A stretch of DNA of 60,619 nt, filler included. It is 8 parts of 8 records of this genome, joined end to end, with 100 filler letters (N's around TTAATTAATTAA, not from the genome) between each part and the next. Parts side by side here need not be neighbours in the genome. Positions count along the whole stretch, not along the records: positions 18,290 to 26,561 come from SRR31147125_77034; positions 26,662 to 34,762 come from SRR31147125_77052; 6 more parts are not named here. One strand, 5' to 3'. The position numbers and the translations under genes were made by a program. Shown here piece by piece: positions 18,877-31,073 of the stretch. The notes below the pieces were generated by a model that made no database searches, was not told the DNA's origin, and was given only the letters and a program-made list of their open reading frames with translations. The number at the start of each line of letters is the position of its first letter. Within the stretch, counting starts at the first letter, position 1.

Positions 18877-21785
18877 CTAATCCACCAAATAAAACCGAAA
18901 CGCAATCCTCCTGTTCAGTTTTCTTCCAATAGACTTTTCATTATCCCCGATGAGGATGGGGTCGCCTTTGAGTCGGGTGATTTGTAGCGGCACGTCTTCG
19001 CCGTAGCCTTTGGCTTCTTCGACGTGTTTGAAAAAGTCGGCGGCGTGGTCTTTGTATGTTTTTTCGATGTAGGCGCGGAATTCCTGGTAAAAGCGGCGTG
19101 AGCGTCTGTCGGAGAGGTCCCTGTTGACATTGTCCGGACCGATTTTACAGGCATGGCCCTGGATATTCACGCGCACAGTGGGTTTGTCCAGCAGGACTTT
19201 GGAGCGATTATACAGGTCATCCCACAAAAAGGTGTTCACGGATTTGGTGCCGGCATAGACCAGTGGTACCAGAATGTTGGTCTCGCGCAGAATGGTGTCG
19301 TTGGTCAGCGTCACAAATTGTTCGCGGTTGCGGAAGTGGCGGTTCAGGGTGTCGATAAGAGAAATGTCATAGGTGACATCGGTTTTTGCATTTTTGTCTG
19401 TACTGGCCAGTGTGGGCTGCCACGGGATGGTGAGAACAAGGTCTTTTTCCGGATTCGCTGATATGGATAGCGTATCTGCGATATCTGTACTATTACAAAT
19501 CACCAAAGCGTCTGTGACCGGAACAGCGTGTTTGATATCGGATTCAAAGGGTACCACTTTAGTGAGGATCTCGTCGTCCAGCAGTTTGACCGGGGCAAAG
19601 AGAACCTGTTCGCCTTCCTGATCGGTGGTGATTTTCACATAGCGGCGTTCTTCGAAAACCCATTTGGCGTCGGTCGGATCTTTTGGCACGCGGCGTTGTG
19701 GCAATATGGCACCGGGTAAGAGTCTTATCTGATTCGGTTTCACACCCAGATCCAACAGGGCTGCTTTTATTGCCTGGGAGCGACTGTCGGACAGTGTCAC
19801 GCTCGGCTGCTCGGAATTGGGATCGGAAAATCCCTGCAGTTTTACTTTTAGATGGGGATTGTCAACCAGTCGTTCGGCAATCACTTTCAGGGGCGGATCA
19901 AATACCGTGTTTTCCAGGTAGCCGTTATGCAAAGTCGTATTGTTTTCCTCAAAGGTCACTTCGGTGATCACCGGTAAAAAGATCACTACCTGGTAATCCA
20001 TTAGTACAGGCACCTCGTCTGCTGTGGTGAACAGGCCTTTGGGGATGGTATAAAAGTTTTTCGCCAAAGAGTTGTTGCTGCGGTCCGGATCACCCAGTTT
20101 GTCAGGCTTGTCCGCGAATGCTAAAATACTATGTTGTCCCAGCTGGCTGGTGTGCCATTCAAAATCAATGGTCAGGGAATCGCCGGCAGCCAGTTGATTT
20201 ATGGTCTTTTGCAAAATGATATTGTTTGATTCTTTGTTGAGACTAGTTTCATTTATGGGTGCATGGAAGTCGATTACAGAATCAGATAGAGCCAGTTCAA
20301 AATCCAGGGCCTTGCGATCGCCACTATTTTGGATGGTCACGTGCATAATGCCGTGATAATCATCCTGAGTGATCCAGGGTGAATATTCGAATTGGATGTC
20401 TTTAATCTTGATATCCGGCTGCGGCACGAAGAAATGCGCAATGCGACTGCTGTTTTTGCTGGCAAAACGTATGTGTTCATCCTTGTCGATAGCCAGGACG
20501 GACCAGTAATAATCGCCACCGGTCAGGTTGTACATAAGAAAAGATGTGTGCCTGTTTTTATAATTAACCAGGTACTCCGCGTCTTTTAAGGTGAGGTAAA
20601 AGTCATCTGCTTTTTCATCGTATTTGTTTATCAGTTGTTCCAGTTTTGAGCGATCCTTATCGACCACCAGAGCGTATTCGACATCGTCAAACAGGTCCGG
20701 GTCGCGGGATGATTCCCATTTGAGGGTAATGTTGTCGGTCAGGACAGTGTCGTCATTGAAATAGTTGAGGAACTGAAAACCTTCCGGGTGAATCGGATAG
20801 TGGGAGGCAGTGCCGCGATAGGTGCGGTTAAAGAAATCCACGTCATCCAGACTGGCAAAATCAAGGCGCAGGGCCTTGTTACGGCCTGGCAGCTCGGAAC
20901 CAAACACAGTATTGATGTCATCAAGACGAAGACTGGCGCCAAAGGAAAATTCTTTGAGCAAATCCGCACCAAAATCAATGCCACCGTTAAAAGATATGGT
21001 CCGGTTCAGGGTTAATTCCGTGCCGACACTAACGGCGCCATCTTCGTCTTTAACTTTATAATATTCGCTGGAAAATAACAGCTGCATACCGTCATGGGTA
21101 CCCATAATAAAAGCCAGGCCACCACGAAAGGTACGCGGCAGTGGTGTTCCGACTCTGTCAAAGGTGAGATCCTGTCCTACATGGGACAGAGCAATGCCTG
21201 CGGAAAAGATGCCCTGGGGGAAAATCGAATTTCCCAGTCCAAAGCGATGGGTGCGGGCGTTCAAACCCACATCCACCATCCATGCATCCGCGTCAAAATT
21301 GTCCAGTTTGCTGCGCAGGTATTTGAGACTACTGCCAACAGAAATGTTGTCGAAATCAGGCTCAGGGGCTGGCCAACACTCAGAGAAGCGACCATATCAT
21401 TGGCCGAGGCAGAGGTAATATCCTGGTTCGTACTGTTGAATTCCGGTACACCCTGATAGAGCAGGCCTATTGCAAATCGTGTGCGTTGACTCCAGGGAGT
21501 TCGCACGCCTTTTCCCATAATAAGAGAGGCATTATAGACATCAGCCAGCCATTTGGTATAGGTGGCGGCCAGCTGCCACTCGCGTAAAAATCCGGCTGCT
21601 CCGGGATTGGCAAATATGGCGTGGGGCTCGTCCAGCACAGCCGTATGACTGGCGGCCATGGACTGTAATCGTCCGCCAGGCAACATTTTTAAAAAGGCGG
21701 CACCGGCTCTAATCTGGCCGAAAACGATATTCGCCGATAATAATACAAGAAGAATTGGGTAAGTAAAGTATTTGATTCTATTCAT
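18877..21785 (-). CDS. PorV/PorQ(UPF0164)-like beta-barrel + FN3-like + CARDB + two OmpA-like domains (frameshift ~21350)
   Basis: Signal peptide; AAFLKM.PGGR..SMA...FANPG barrel N-terminus; shifted frame gives NISVGSSLKYLRSKLDNFDADAWMVDVG; PDIK..IQNSG..DRSNN CARDB; QGFSD..LSDSRS and QGHAC..LSDRR..LNRRI OmpA motifs. Confidence 0.78.
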
Positions 21786-21787
21786 TG

Positions 21788-24700
21788 TTATCTCACAATA
21801 ATTAGTTTTTTCCACAATTTCATGTTATCTGCTTTTAATGTCACCAGGTATACACCACTACCGGTCTTGCGGCCTGAATCCAGTTGACCGTTCCAGTATA
21901 AAGTGCTCCAACCATTGGTAAAATATTCATCCGTCAGTTTGGTGATAAACCGTCCGGCTACATCATACACATTCATTTCAACTGGTCCGGCATGGCTCAG
22001 ACGGAAATTTATCTCAACAGCATCTTCCGAATCGATTCGAAATACATTGCGGTCGAGATACATATCCTCACTATCCCGAAATGTCACCCGGTCTTCGGCC
22101 ACACCTTCAATGCCCCGTTCGCTGCGGGCATGAAATTCAAAAACCACGTCCTCCTGATCCTCTGGGGTCACCAGATTTGGATATTTGTACCACTCGTCAA
22201 GGTCGTACCAGACACCCGGTTGAAGCGGGAATATGTTATGAAAGAATTCCTTGTCAATGTCACCATTCGGCCAGATAACCCAGATTTCCCAGTCAGAGAC
22301 GGGAACCGGTACCTGGATCCGAACCTGCACACTGTCGGATATATCAACAACGGGGGGATTGACTTCTATCAACGGAGTAAAGGGAGCGGGTTGCCGGATG
22401 ATATTAAAGACCGGCAGAGTGGAGGAATTGTTATTTTTATTTTCCGGATTTTCGTTTTCAGCACTGACAGAAACTATGTTTAGCATCTGGTTCGTGCCGA
22501 TGGGCATCAGAGCCGGAACCGTGGCATCGAATTGAAACCGTACGGTTGTTAAAGCCGGAATAGATCCCAGGTTCCAGAAAATCGTGTCACCTTCCACCCG
22601 TGTGGCTTGCGGTACGATAGTCGGAATATCGAGAGTGGCATCGAATATGTTCCGGACAACCACATTTAATGCATCGGATTGGCCATTATTCGTCACGTCA
22701 ATGATATAGGTATAGGTTTCACTTTCGCGCACATATTTGAGCGAATCACCAGCGCTGATGGCAAAAGAATCGGTTATTGCTTTTTGAACAACAACCAGAT
22801 CCACGTTTTCTTCGACGACGGTGGTGTCTCTGGCTGCCAGGGCGTAAACCATATCTGTGGCGCTGTTATTGTCCGGTGTTGTATCCTGCAAAGCAACTAT
22901 ATAACTGTTGTTTTGCAGCGGAAACGGGTAAAATGGCAGGGAATCGCTGACCATCACCTGGAAACTCACGCTCCATTCCTCGCCGACAGTAAGACTGTCA
23001 ATAAGCCAGAATGTGGAATCCAGATCCATGCCAATGGGACTCATGGATAGATCCATCAGCTTTACAGAGTCGGGTTGGATATGAGTTACGCCGATGTCAT
23101 AAGCTGAAACAGGGCCGTTATTTATAACAGTTATGGTGTAATTGTAATTTTCACCGGCAAGAACTGCTTTTTCAGTTTGGCCATTGATTAGAGTTGTGGT
23201 ATCTGTTGTAGCCACGACCTGTATAGCCAGATCGGTGTTGGCAGGAGGTGTTTCCGGTTTTTCAATTACATAAACCAGGGATTCTACAAAATCATTGTCT
23301 GAATTGGAATCCAATTCCGCGCTAACCGATGCCGAGCCTTGCAGTTCAAAGGGGAGAACCTCAAAGGGGCCAACTGCTCTGGCATCAATGTTAATGTCAA
23401 TGGATGTATTGGGTGATAGCGATGCTATATTCCATACAAGCGTGTCTGCTCGCGCAGGACTCGTTGTTGCCAGGCTTGTGGACACAATCTCGACAGAATC
23501 CGGTTTTACAAACCAGATGCTGAAATCTGTGGCAGTACCCGGTCCGTCATTGGTCACATTCAGGGTATAGCTATAAATCTCATCCTCGTAAACCGCGTCA
23601 GCGGTGTCATTTGCGACGATGTGAAAATGATCGGTGTTTTCCTCCAGTGTCAGAGCCAGATCAAAAATGTTCGGCTCGGCCTGAGGTTCGAGGACATAGA
23701 CAATGGCTGTTGCCTCATTATTATCCGCTGTTGTGTCCTGCTCAGAGATAACCCGCGCGTCGCTTTCTAACGGAAACGGGTAGGTGGCAAAAGAGTCAAC
23801 AGGTGACGCCACGATTTGTACAACAAATGAGTCACCCACATCCAGATATTCGAGGTTCCAGATTAATGTATCACCATTTTGCAAATCCGGTTCAAAATTA
23901 AAGTTATCAATATTAACAGAATCCGGCATAATCAGGGTGACCCGGGTTTCCAGTGCCGGATCCGGTCCCAGATTGGATACGATTAGCTCGTAATGAATGT
24001 CCTGACCAGGCAGAGAGGCTGGCAATGTATCACCTTCGATAACATAAAAGGTATCTGCTTTGGCATCAAAGGTGAGTTTCAGGTCGATATAATCTATATC
24101 CGGTTGTTGTGGCGGTTCGAGGACATAGACGATGGTTTCTGCCTGATTATTATCCTCTGTTGGATCATTTTCAGTAGAAACGCTGGCATCACCCGGAAGC
24201 GGATAGGGGTAGGACGTAAAGGAATCAACAGGAGAGGCTACGATTTGTACCTCAAATGGTTGACCTACATTAAGTGAATCCAGGTTCCAGATTAATGTGT
24301 CTGCTACCTGTGTATCCGGTTCTACGCTGACACTTTCAATATTAATCGAATCAGGCAGAATCAGGGTGACCCGGGTTTCTTGTGCCGGGTCCGGGCCCAG
24401 ATTGGATACAACGAGATCATAATTGATGGCCTCGCCAGGCAAAACAGCGGGTAAGGTATCTCCGGATATAATATGAAATGTATCGGTTTTTGCAACAAAC
24501 TCGATTGCCACATCGGAATTTATCACGATTGGTGGATGAAAAATAAAAACCGTATCTGTTACGGTGTTATTAGCAAGGGAGGTGTCATTGTCAGCGGTGA
24601 CCGATCCTGTGGTGATCACAAGGGAATCTGTCTCAGCGACCGGGTCTTTTAAGCTGGCAACGATTCTTATCTTTGTGCTATCCAGCGGTGCCAGGGAACC

Positions 24701-25896
24701 TGCATTCCAGGTAATAGTATTGCCTGTTATTTCGATCAAAGCCGGATCAGAAGATAAAAACAAGATAAGGTCGGAAAGTTCATTTTGTACGATCACATTT
24801 TCAGCAATGCCCGGGCCATTGTTTGTCACTACCAGGTCGTAATAAACCGTATCTGAACCTGCAACAACCAGGGTATCCGGATTTGATTCCAGTGAAAGTG
24901 AAATGTCGGCAGGAACGTTCGTTAAATCTCCGTTCACATACACCAGCACAGAGTCCTGATTGTTCGACAGATCCGTGTCATTGGAATCGATCAGGGTGGC
25001 GACATTCATGAGCGGAGTAAATCCATCCGGCATGGTAAGCGGCACGATACCCTCATAAAATACGACAAAGGAATCAGACGGGGATAAATCGGGCACAGAC
25101 CAGATGATCCTCCTGTTCTCTCTTTCGAGCGGTTGGACTGAAAAAGCGGTTAGATCCAGGGAATCCGGTACGGTATTCACGATCCTGGCAAAACGCATTT
25201 CATTTTCTGATTCATTCCTTATGGTGATTTTATATTCGACTTTTTCTGTTGGATACAGGACACCGTGCTCTTCCGAATTGACCATCTCAACTCTGGGAGG
25301 AAAGGCATCTATGGTTAAAACTCCGTCAATGAGTGGCTCTGCCACAACGCGAAGGCTATCGAGAATACGGAGGCTTTCAACGTTGATCAGGTCAATGGAA
25401 TCCCCGACGACAAACTGAGGATACTGCTCAGAAATCATGGCATAGTGATGCAGCCAGATGGTGTTTTGTCCACTCTTCAGGTAGAATAAACCGGAATCGC
25501 GCCAGAATACTGTATTGAGAGTATCGATGGGTTGATCCGTTATGTGATGCGGTGTGCCTGGAATATCCGGGACCACCTTGTAGGAACCGGCATTGGAGTC
25601 TGACGGTGTGCTGATCGTGCCATCCTCATTCACAACAGTTAAATAGTAGGTTTCATTTGGCTGTTCATCGCCGCTGTCATACCACATATGAGGGAAAATA
25701 CGATAATAACCCTCGTATTCGACGTTCACGGTGATAACCTCTTCATTCATACGAGATTCTCCCTGATCGGTACGGATGCTGATTATGCTTGGGAGTGTGT
25801 AATCCATGACCGGTTGAACCTGCGCGAAAACATGGATAGGGAAGAGAAAAAAGCGGCTAAAATGGCAATTCCCAGAGATTCTTTGAATTTTGTCAT
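21788..25896 (-). CDS. Large acidic surface protein with seven DUF11 Ig-like repeats and a C-terminal FlgD-Ig/CTD-like domain (frameshift in the signal peptide at the A-run 25847-25852)
   Basis: Repeated Y.L.V.N.GP..A...D....NN units; C-terminal VYDVAGR..L...WNG....G....SGVYLV...KKLIIVR; adding one base restores MTKFKESLGIAILAAFFLFPIHVFA-Q. Confidence 0.85.
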
Positions 25897-26118
25897 TTTT
25901 AGTTCCAATGTTTGAATAATTTTTTGGGTGGCTAAATAACTATCAGCTCAAATTTCCTGTAATTCGATTATAACTATTTAACGTGCCAGATTATTCAAAA
26001 TCTGGTTCGTTATTTTAGATCGGTTGTATTGAGATATTTATACTTACTTTTGTTGAGTACTGTTTTTTTCACTACGTAAATAGAAGTAGAGCATGTGCTT
26101 TCTGGCGCGTTTTTAACA

Positions 26119-26150
26119 TCCCCTAAATCCCCCTTGGTCAAGGGGGACTT
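26119..26150. repeat. REP-like short palindromic element
   Basis: TCCCCTAAATCCCCCTTGGTCAAGGGGGACTT with a TCCCCCTTG/CAAGGGGGA stem; single copy in the window. Confidence 0.5.
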
Positions 26151-26561
26151 TGGTTTTGTGATTATTGAATTTACGGTGTTTTTATGTGATGTTGAACTAT
26201 TATGGCACTAATCCGGATAATGAATTATGTTCATTATCGGACTGAAAAAAGGCTTGTATTAATGAATACTCGGCCAAAAACAACGCAATTCATTAAATTC
26301 GTGTTGAGATTTTTACAACCGCTGATCTTTTATCAAAATACTGTGCAAAAAGTGAACGTCTGGAAGAAAATCAAATCTGTTCGTTTTACGTGCTATATTT
26401 GCCGTCGCAGTCATTATTGAATTCCGTGTCATGAAAAAATTATTATGGATGTTTTTTGAAACCTGAAAATGCCTTAAAAAGTAGAAAAATGCTGTCGATC
26501 CTCCCTTGTAAAACCCTGAGCTTTTTTTACAGATTGAATCGACCTTTTTAATGACATTTTT

Positions 26562-26661
26562 NNNNNNNNNNNNNNNNNNNNNNNNNNNNNNNNNNNNNNN
26601 NNNNNTTAATTAATTAANNNNNNNNNNNNNNNNNNNNNNNNNNNNNNNNNNNNNNNNNNNN
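26562..26661. other. Artificial contig spacer
   Basis: N44-TTAATTAATTAA-N44. Confidence 0.99.
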
Positions 26662-26693
26662 TTTTTCCTAAGCCGGACCATCAGACCAGGCGA

Positions 26694-26723
26694 TGTAAAC
26701 GATCTTCCCTGAAAACGTTTACA
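26694..26723. promoter_or_regulatory. LacI-family operator-like palindromes (upstream pair)
   Basis: TGTAAACGATCTTC (26694-26707) and TGAAAACGTTTACA (26710-26723), with the central CG typical of LacI/Cra/CcpA sites. Confidence 0.6.
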
Positions 26724-26865
26724 GAAAAATTGATTAATCCGCCGTCATGTTCCCAGATACAGGGCTTTTTAAAAATTACCTATTCAGCGTCAACCAATTA
26801 AAATACATAGTAAATTTTTAATTTTACGGTCCAGCATCATTTTTTGAGCAAACGTTATTTTTCCC

Positions 26866-26907
26866 TTGACAACCCCAAACCCTATAAATACATTGTAAAC
26901 GATTACC
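26866..26907 (+). promoter_or_regulatory. Sigma70 promoter with overlapping LacI-type operator
   Basis: TTGACA (26866)-17 bp-TACATT (26889), followed by TGTAAACGATTACC (26894-26907). Confidence 0.7.
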
Positions 26908-26973
26908 AAAATTAATCAATGGATGTTTCCCATCCCAAGACGTTATTGAAATACCGCAACCAGGAGGACTATT

Positions 26974-28353
26974 ATGTCAAGTAATCAGTTTAAGGTCGGC
27001 GTCCAGTCATTTGGCAGATTTCTAAGCGGCATGGTTATGCCCAACATTGGCGCATTTATCGCCTGGGGGCTGATTACAGCCTTGTTTATTCCCACAGGCT
27101 GGCTGCCCAACGAAACACTCTCAGCCCTTGTGGGCCCCATGATTACCTATCTGCTACCGCTATTGATCGGGTATACCGGCGGTAAAATGGTGGGTGGCGA
27201 ACGGGGGGCTGTGGCAGGAGCGGTAACCACCATGGGCGTCATAGTCGGCAGCGATATCCCCATGTTCATGGGCGCGATGATCGCAGGCCCATTAGGCGGC
27301 CTGGCCATTACCAAATTCGACGACATGGTTCACGGAAAAATCAAACCCGGATTTGAAATGCTGGTGAACAACTTCTCCCTGGGCATTATCTCCATGATCA
27401 TCGCCCTGCTCGCCTATGCCGTCATCGGCCCTGTGGTGGCCTCCCTGACCCAGACCCTGGCCGCAGGCGTGGGATGGATTGTGGACAAATCGCTCCTCCC
27501 CCTGGTGTCCATCATTGTTGAGCCTGCAAAAATTTTATTTTTAAACAATGCCATCAACCATGGCGTGTTTACCCCCCTGGGAGCGGAACAGGCCTCAAAA
27601 GTCGGGTCCTCCATCTATTATCTTATTGAAACCAACCCCGGTCCCGGACTGGGCATCCTCCTGGCATACATGGTCGTGGGCAAGGGCACTGCGCAAAAAT
27701 CAGCCTATGGTGCCTCCATCATCCATTTTCTTGGTGGTATCCATGAAATCTATTTTCCCTATATCTTAATGAAACCCAGACTGGTGATTGCCGTGATCTG
27801 CGGCGGCATGGTCGGGGTCGGGTTTAACATGATCACAGGCAACGCCCTGGTAGGCCCTCCGTCTCCCGGGTCTGTGTTTGCGCTGACCCTGATGTCCACA
27901 AAGGGAATGGGCATTCTCCTGACGCTGGGGTCCATCGCCATATCTGCCGGGGCTTCTTTTCTGGTGGGTGCGGTCATCATCCGCAAGGACGCCCTGGAAA
28001 GTGATGATCTGGAAGCAGCCAAAGCCGCTGTGGCCTCAAACAAGGCCCAGGCAAAAGGCCAGGCAGCACCGCTGGTTCCCGGCATTATCCGTTCAATTAT
28101 CGTGGCCTGTGATGCGGGCATGGGATCTTCGGCCATGGGTGCCACAGTGCTTCGGGGTAAAATTGAAGCAGCCGGCCTGGATATCAAGGTGGCAAATGCC
28201 GCCATCAACGATCTGAAAGAGGCTGACATCGTCATTACCCAGGATGAATTGACTGACCGGGCAAAGGCCAAACTGCCAGGGGCCCGGCATTTCAGCATTG
28301 ACAACTTTATGAATTCAGGATTTTACGACGAACTGGTTGCCAAACTGGTCTAA
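26974..28353 (+). CDS. mtlA: PTS mannitol-type transporter EIICB
   Basis: VQSFGRFLSGMVMPNIGAFIAWG, LNNAINHG, GGIHEIYFP; EIIB ACDAGMGSS. Confidence 0.93.
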   Translation: MSSNQFKVGVQSFGRFLSGMVMPNIGAFIAWGLITALFIPTGWLPNETLSALVGPMITYLLPLLIGYTGGKMVGGERGAVAGAVTTMGVIVGSDIPMFMGAMIAGPLGGLAITKFDDMVHGKIKPGFEMLVNNFSLGIISMIIALLAYAVIGPVVASLTQTLAAGVGWIVDKSLLPLVSIIVEPAKILFLNNAINHGVFTPLGAEQASKVGSSIYYLIETNPGPGLGILLAYMVVGKGTAQKSAYGASIIHFLGGIHEIYFPYILMKPRLVIAVICGGMVGVGFNMITGNALVGPPSPGSVFALTLMSTKGMGILLTLGSIAISAGASFLVGAVIIRKDALESDDLEAAKAAVASNKAQAKGQAAPLVPGIIRSIIVACDAGMGSSAMGATVLRGKIEAAGLDIKVANAAINDLKEADIVITQDELTDRAKAKLPGARHFSIDNFMNSGFYDELVAKLV

Positions 28354-28430
28354 CCGTCTGCGGCATTAAACGAGCAGGTGCTTGCCCGGCCTGCTCCCAA
28401 ACCAATCCAGGTCTTAGGGGAGAAATCCTT

Positions 28431-31039
28431 ATGTCGTTTTTAAAAAAATTGATGGGTGGGGGCAAAAAACAGCAGGAGAATGACACACCGCCGGCACCTG
28501 TCCCAGAGGAAAATAGCCAGGCGGAAAATATCCTGAAAATCAATCCGGACCAGATTATCCTTAACGCCGGGGCAACTTCAAAAACGGAGGTGCTTGAACT
28601 GATCGCCCAAAACCTGCGCGCCCAGGGCCGGGTCAAAGGGGACTATCTGGCGGCATTGCAGGCCCGGGAAGAAAAGGTGTCCACCTATCTGATCAACGGG
28701 GTCGCCATCCCCCACGGGGTCAATGAGGCAAAGGACCAGGTGGTTCAAACCGGGGTCTTCATCGTCCAGATTCCCGGGGGTGTGGTCTGGAACGACAAGA
28801 AAGATCTTGTTCGTCTTGTTGTGGGTATTGCCGCCAAGGGCAAGGACCATCTGGACCTTCTCCAGCGCCTGACCACCGTGGTCATGGACGAGGAGTTGGC
28901 CCACACCCTGGGCACCACCACCGCCAAACAGGACATCCTCACGGCATTGGGAGCCCGGACAACAGACCCGGCCGACACCCATCAGGAGGATTATCCCATT
29001 GCTGCCCAGGCAGAGGTGGTGGATGAGGCAGGCATGCATGCCCGCCCGGCAAGCCTGATATCGGAGCAGGCCACCCGGTTTTCAGGAACAGATATTCTCA
29101 TCCGGAACCAAAAAAATCTGCCAATGCAAAATCCATGGCCTCATTGCTTGCCATGGGGGCTGAAAAAGGGGACACCCTGTCTGTTTCGGCAAAAGGGGAT
29201 GAGGCTGAGGCCGCTGTAGACACCCTGGCCAATATGATCAGCCAGGGCCTGGACAATGATGACCAGGAGAACAATGCCTCTTACCAGCCCCTGACCGTAT
29301 TGGCAGCCCTGCCCGATGTGGTGTGCAACGCCACCCTTAAAGGCTCGGCCGCCTCTCCGGGAATCACCATGGCACCGGCCTTTTGTTTAAAAGCCGGCAA
29401 AATGAGATTTGAACAAGAGGCCCAAGACCCTAAAAAGGAATCCAAATTGTTCAGTTCGGCCCTGTCCGAGGCGGCCCGGCAATTGGACGAACTCAAGGCC
29501 AGTCTCCAGACGAGAGCCCCCAATGAGGCCGCCATTCTCCATGCCCAAAAACAGCTGCTTCAGGATGAACTGATGCTCACGGACAGTGAACAATACATCC
29601 TAAAGGGAAAAACTGCGGCATGGGCCTTTCACCAAGCCATTGAGACCCAGGTGGCTGCTTTGAAAAAAGTGGACAATGAACGCCTCCAGGCCAGAGTCGC
29701 AGATCTCATTGATGTACGGGACCGGGTCCTGGCCTTAATGGTCCCGGCCATATCTGCCGTGGACTATCCCACAACCGATTTCATCCTCATGGCAAAGGAT
29801 CTGACCCCCTCCCAGACGGCAGGCTTAAGCGGCCTGAAGGTTCAAGGCATCTGCACGGAACGCGGCGGCCCCAACAGCCATATGGCCATTCTTGCCAGGG
29901 CATTGGGCCTTCCCGCAGTGGTGGGCCTGGGAGAAGGGGCCTTAGAGGGCATCGCAGGCGGAGAAACCGCCATTGTGGATCCCCAGGCCTCGGCCCTGTA
30001 TATTGGGCCGGATGAGGCCACACGGGAAAATTGTGTTAAATGGATCGCCCAATGGCAGCAGATTCGCAAGGCCGAAGGGGCCCAGAAACACAAACCCGCC
30101 ATGACCGTGGATGGCAGGCACATTGATGTGGTCTGTAATATCGCAAGCCCGGAGGATGCCCCCATTGTTCTGGAAAACGGGGGCGAAGGGGTCGGGCTGC
30201 TCAGAACGGAATTCCTGTTTGAATCCAGTCCTTCCGAACCCACAATAGAGGCCCAGACCGAGGCATTAAAAGCAGTGGTCAAGGTACTTGGCAGTCGCCA
30301 GATCATTGTGCGCACGGCAGATATCGGCGGTGACAAACCCGTCTCCTGGATGCATATCCCCCATGAAAACAATCCCTTTTTAGGGATGCGGGGCATAAGG
30401 CTTTCATTTAAATACGAAGATATGTTCAGACGCCAGTTGGAAGCCATTTACCGCACGGCAGCCTGGCAGATAGAGACCCAGGGCGACACCGGCCTGCACA
30501 TCATGTTCCCCATGATTGCCAGAATGTCGGGGTGGCAAAAGGCCAGGGATATTGCCCAAAGCGTCCGGGAACAGGTCAATGGGCCGAGACTGCCCCTGGG
30601 CATCATGGTTGAGGTGCCCTCCGCCGTTATGACTGCGGAACATCTGGCCAAAGAGGTGGATTTTTTCTCCATCGGTTCCAACGACCTGACCCAATACACC
30701 CTGGCCATAGACCGCCTCCATCCGGATCTGTGCAAAGAGGCGGACAGCTACCATCCCGCCCTGGTCAAGATGATCAAGATGACCGTTGACGCGGCAACCG
30801 CCCATGGCAAGTGGGTGGGGGTTTGCGGAAATGCAGCGGCCAACCCTAACCTTGCCACCCTGCTGGTGGGCCTGGGAGTCAAAGAGCTTTCCGTAAGCCC
30901 TGCCAATGTGGCTGCGGTAAAAAATATTATCCGGGCCGTGAACTATGAAAAACTTAAGGCAAAGGCCAGCAAAGCCTTGCAAATGGAAAGTTCCGAAGCG
31001 GTAATGGAACTATACAAAAACAACCAAGACCTGTTGTAA
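28431..31039 (+). CDS. Multiphosphoryl transfer protein EIIA-HPr-Enzyme I fusion (frameshift at the A-run 29110-29116)
   Basis: EIIA VAIPHG; HPr GMHARPA then ANAKSMASLL in the shifted frame; EI GGPNSHMAILAR, GLLRTEFLF, SIGSNDLTQY, GVCG. Confidence 0.9.
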
Positions 31040-31073
31040 CACCCTAGGGTGCAGGTTGAAAAAAGGAAGCCCC

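Noticed and set aside
26202-26420. 72-aa ORF, and similarly 42162-42422
   Set aside because: AT-rich intergenic sequence with no RBS or motif; probably spurious.
29110-29116. Programmed frameshift or phase variation in the PTS fusion, or in the DUF11 signal peptide (25847-25852)
   Set aside because: Short runs with the same one-base-deletion signature as housekeeping genes elsewhere, so sequencing error is the simpler explanation.
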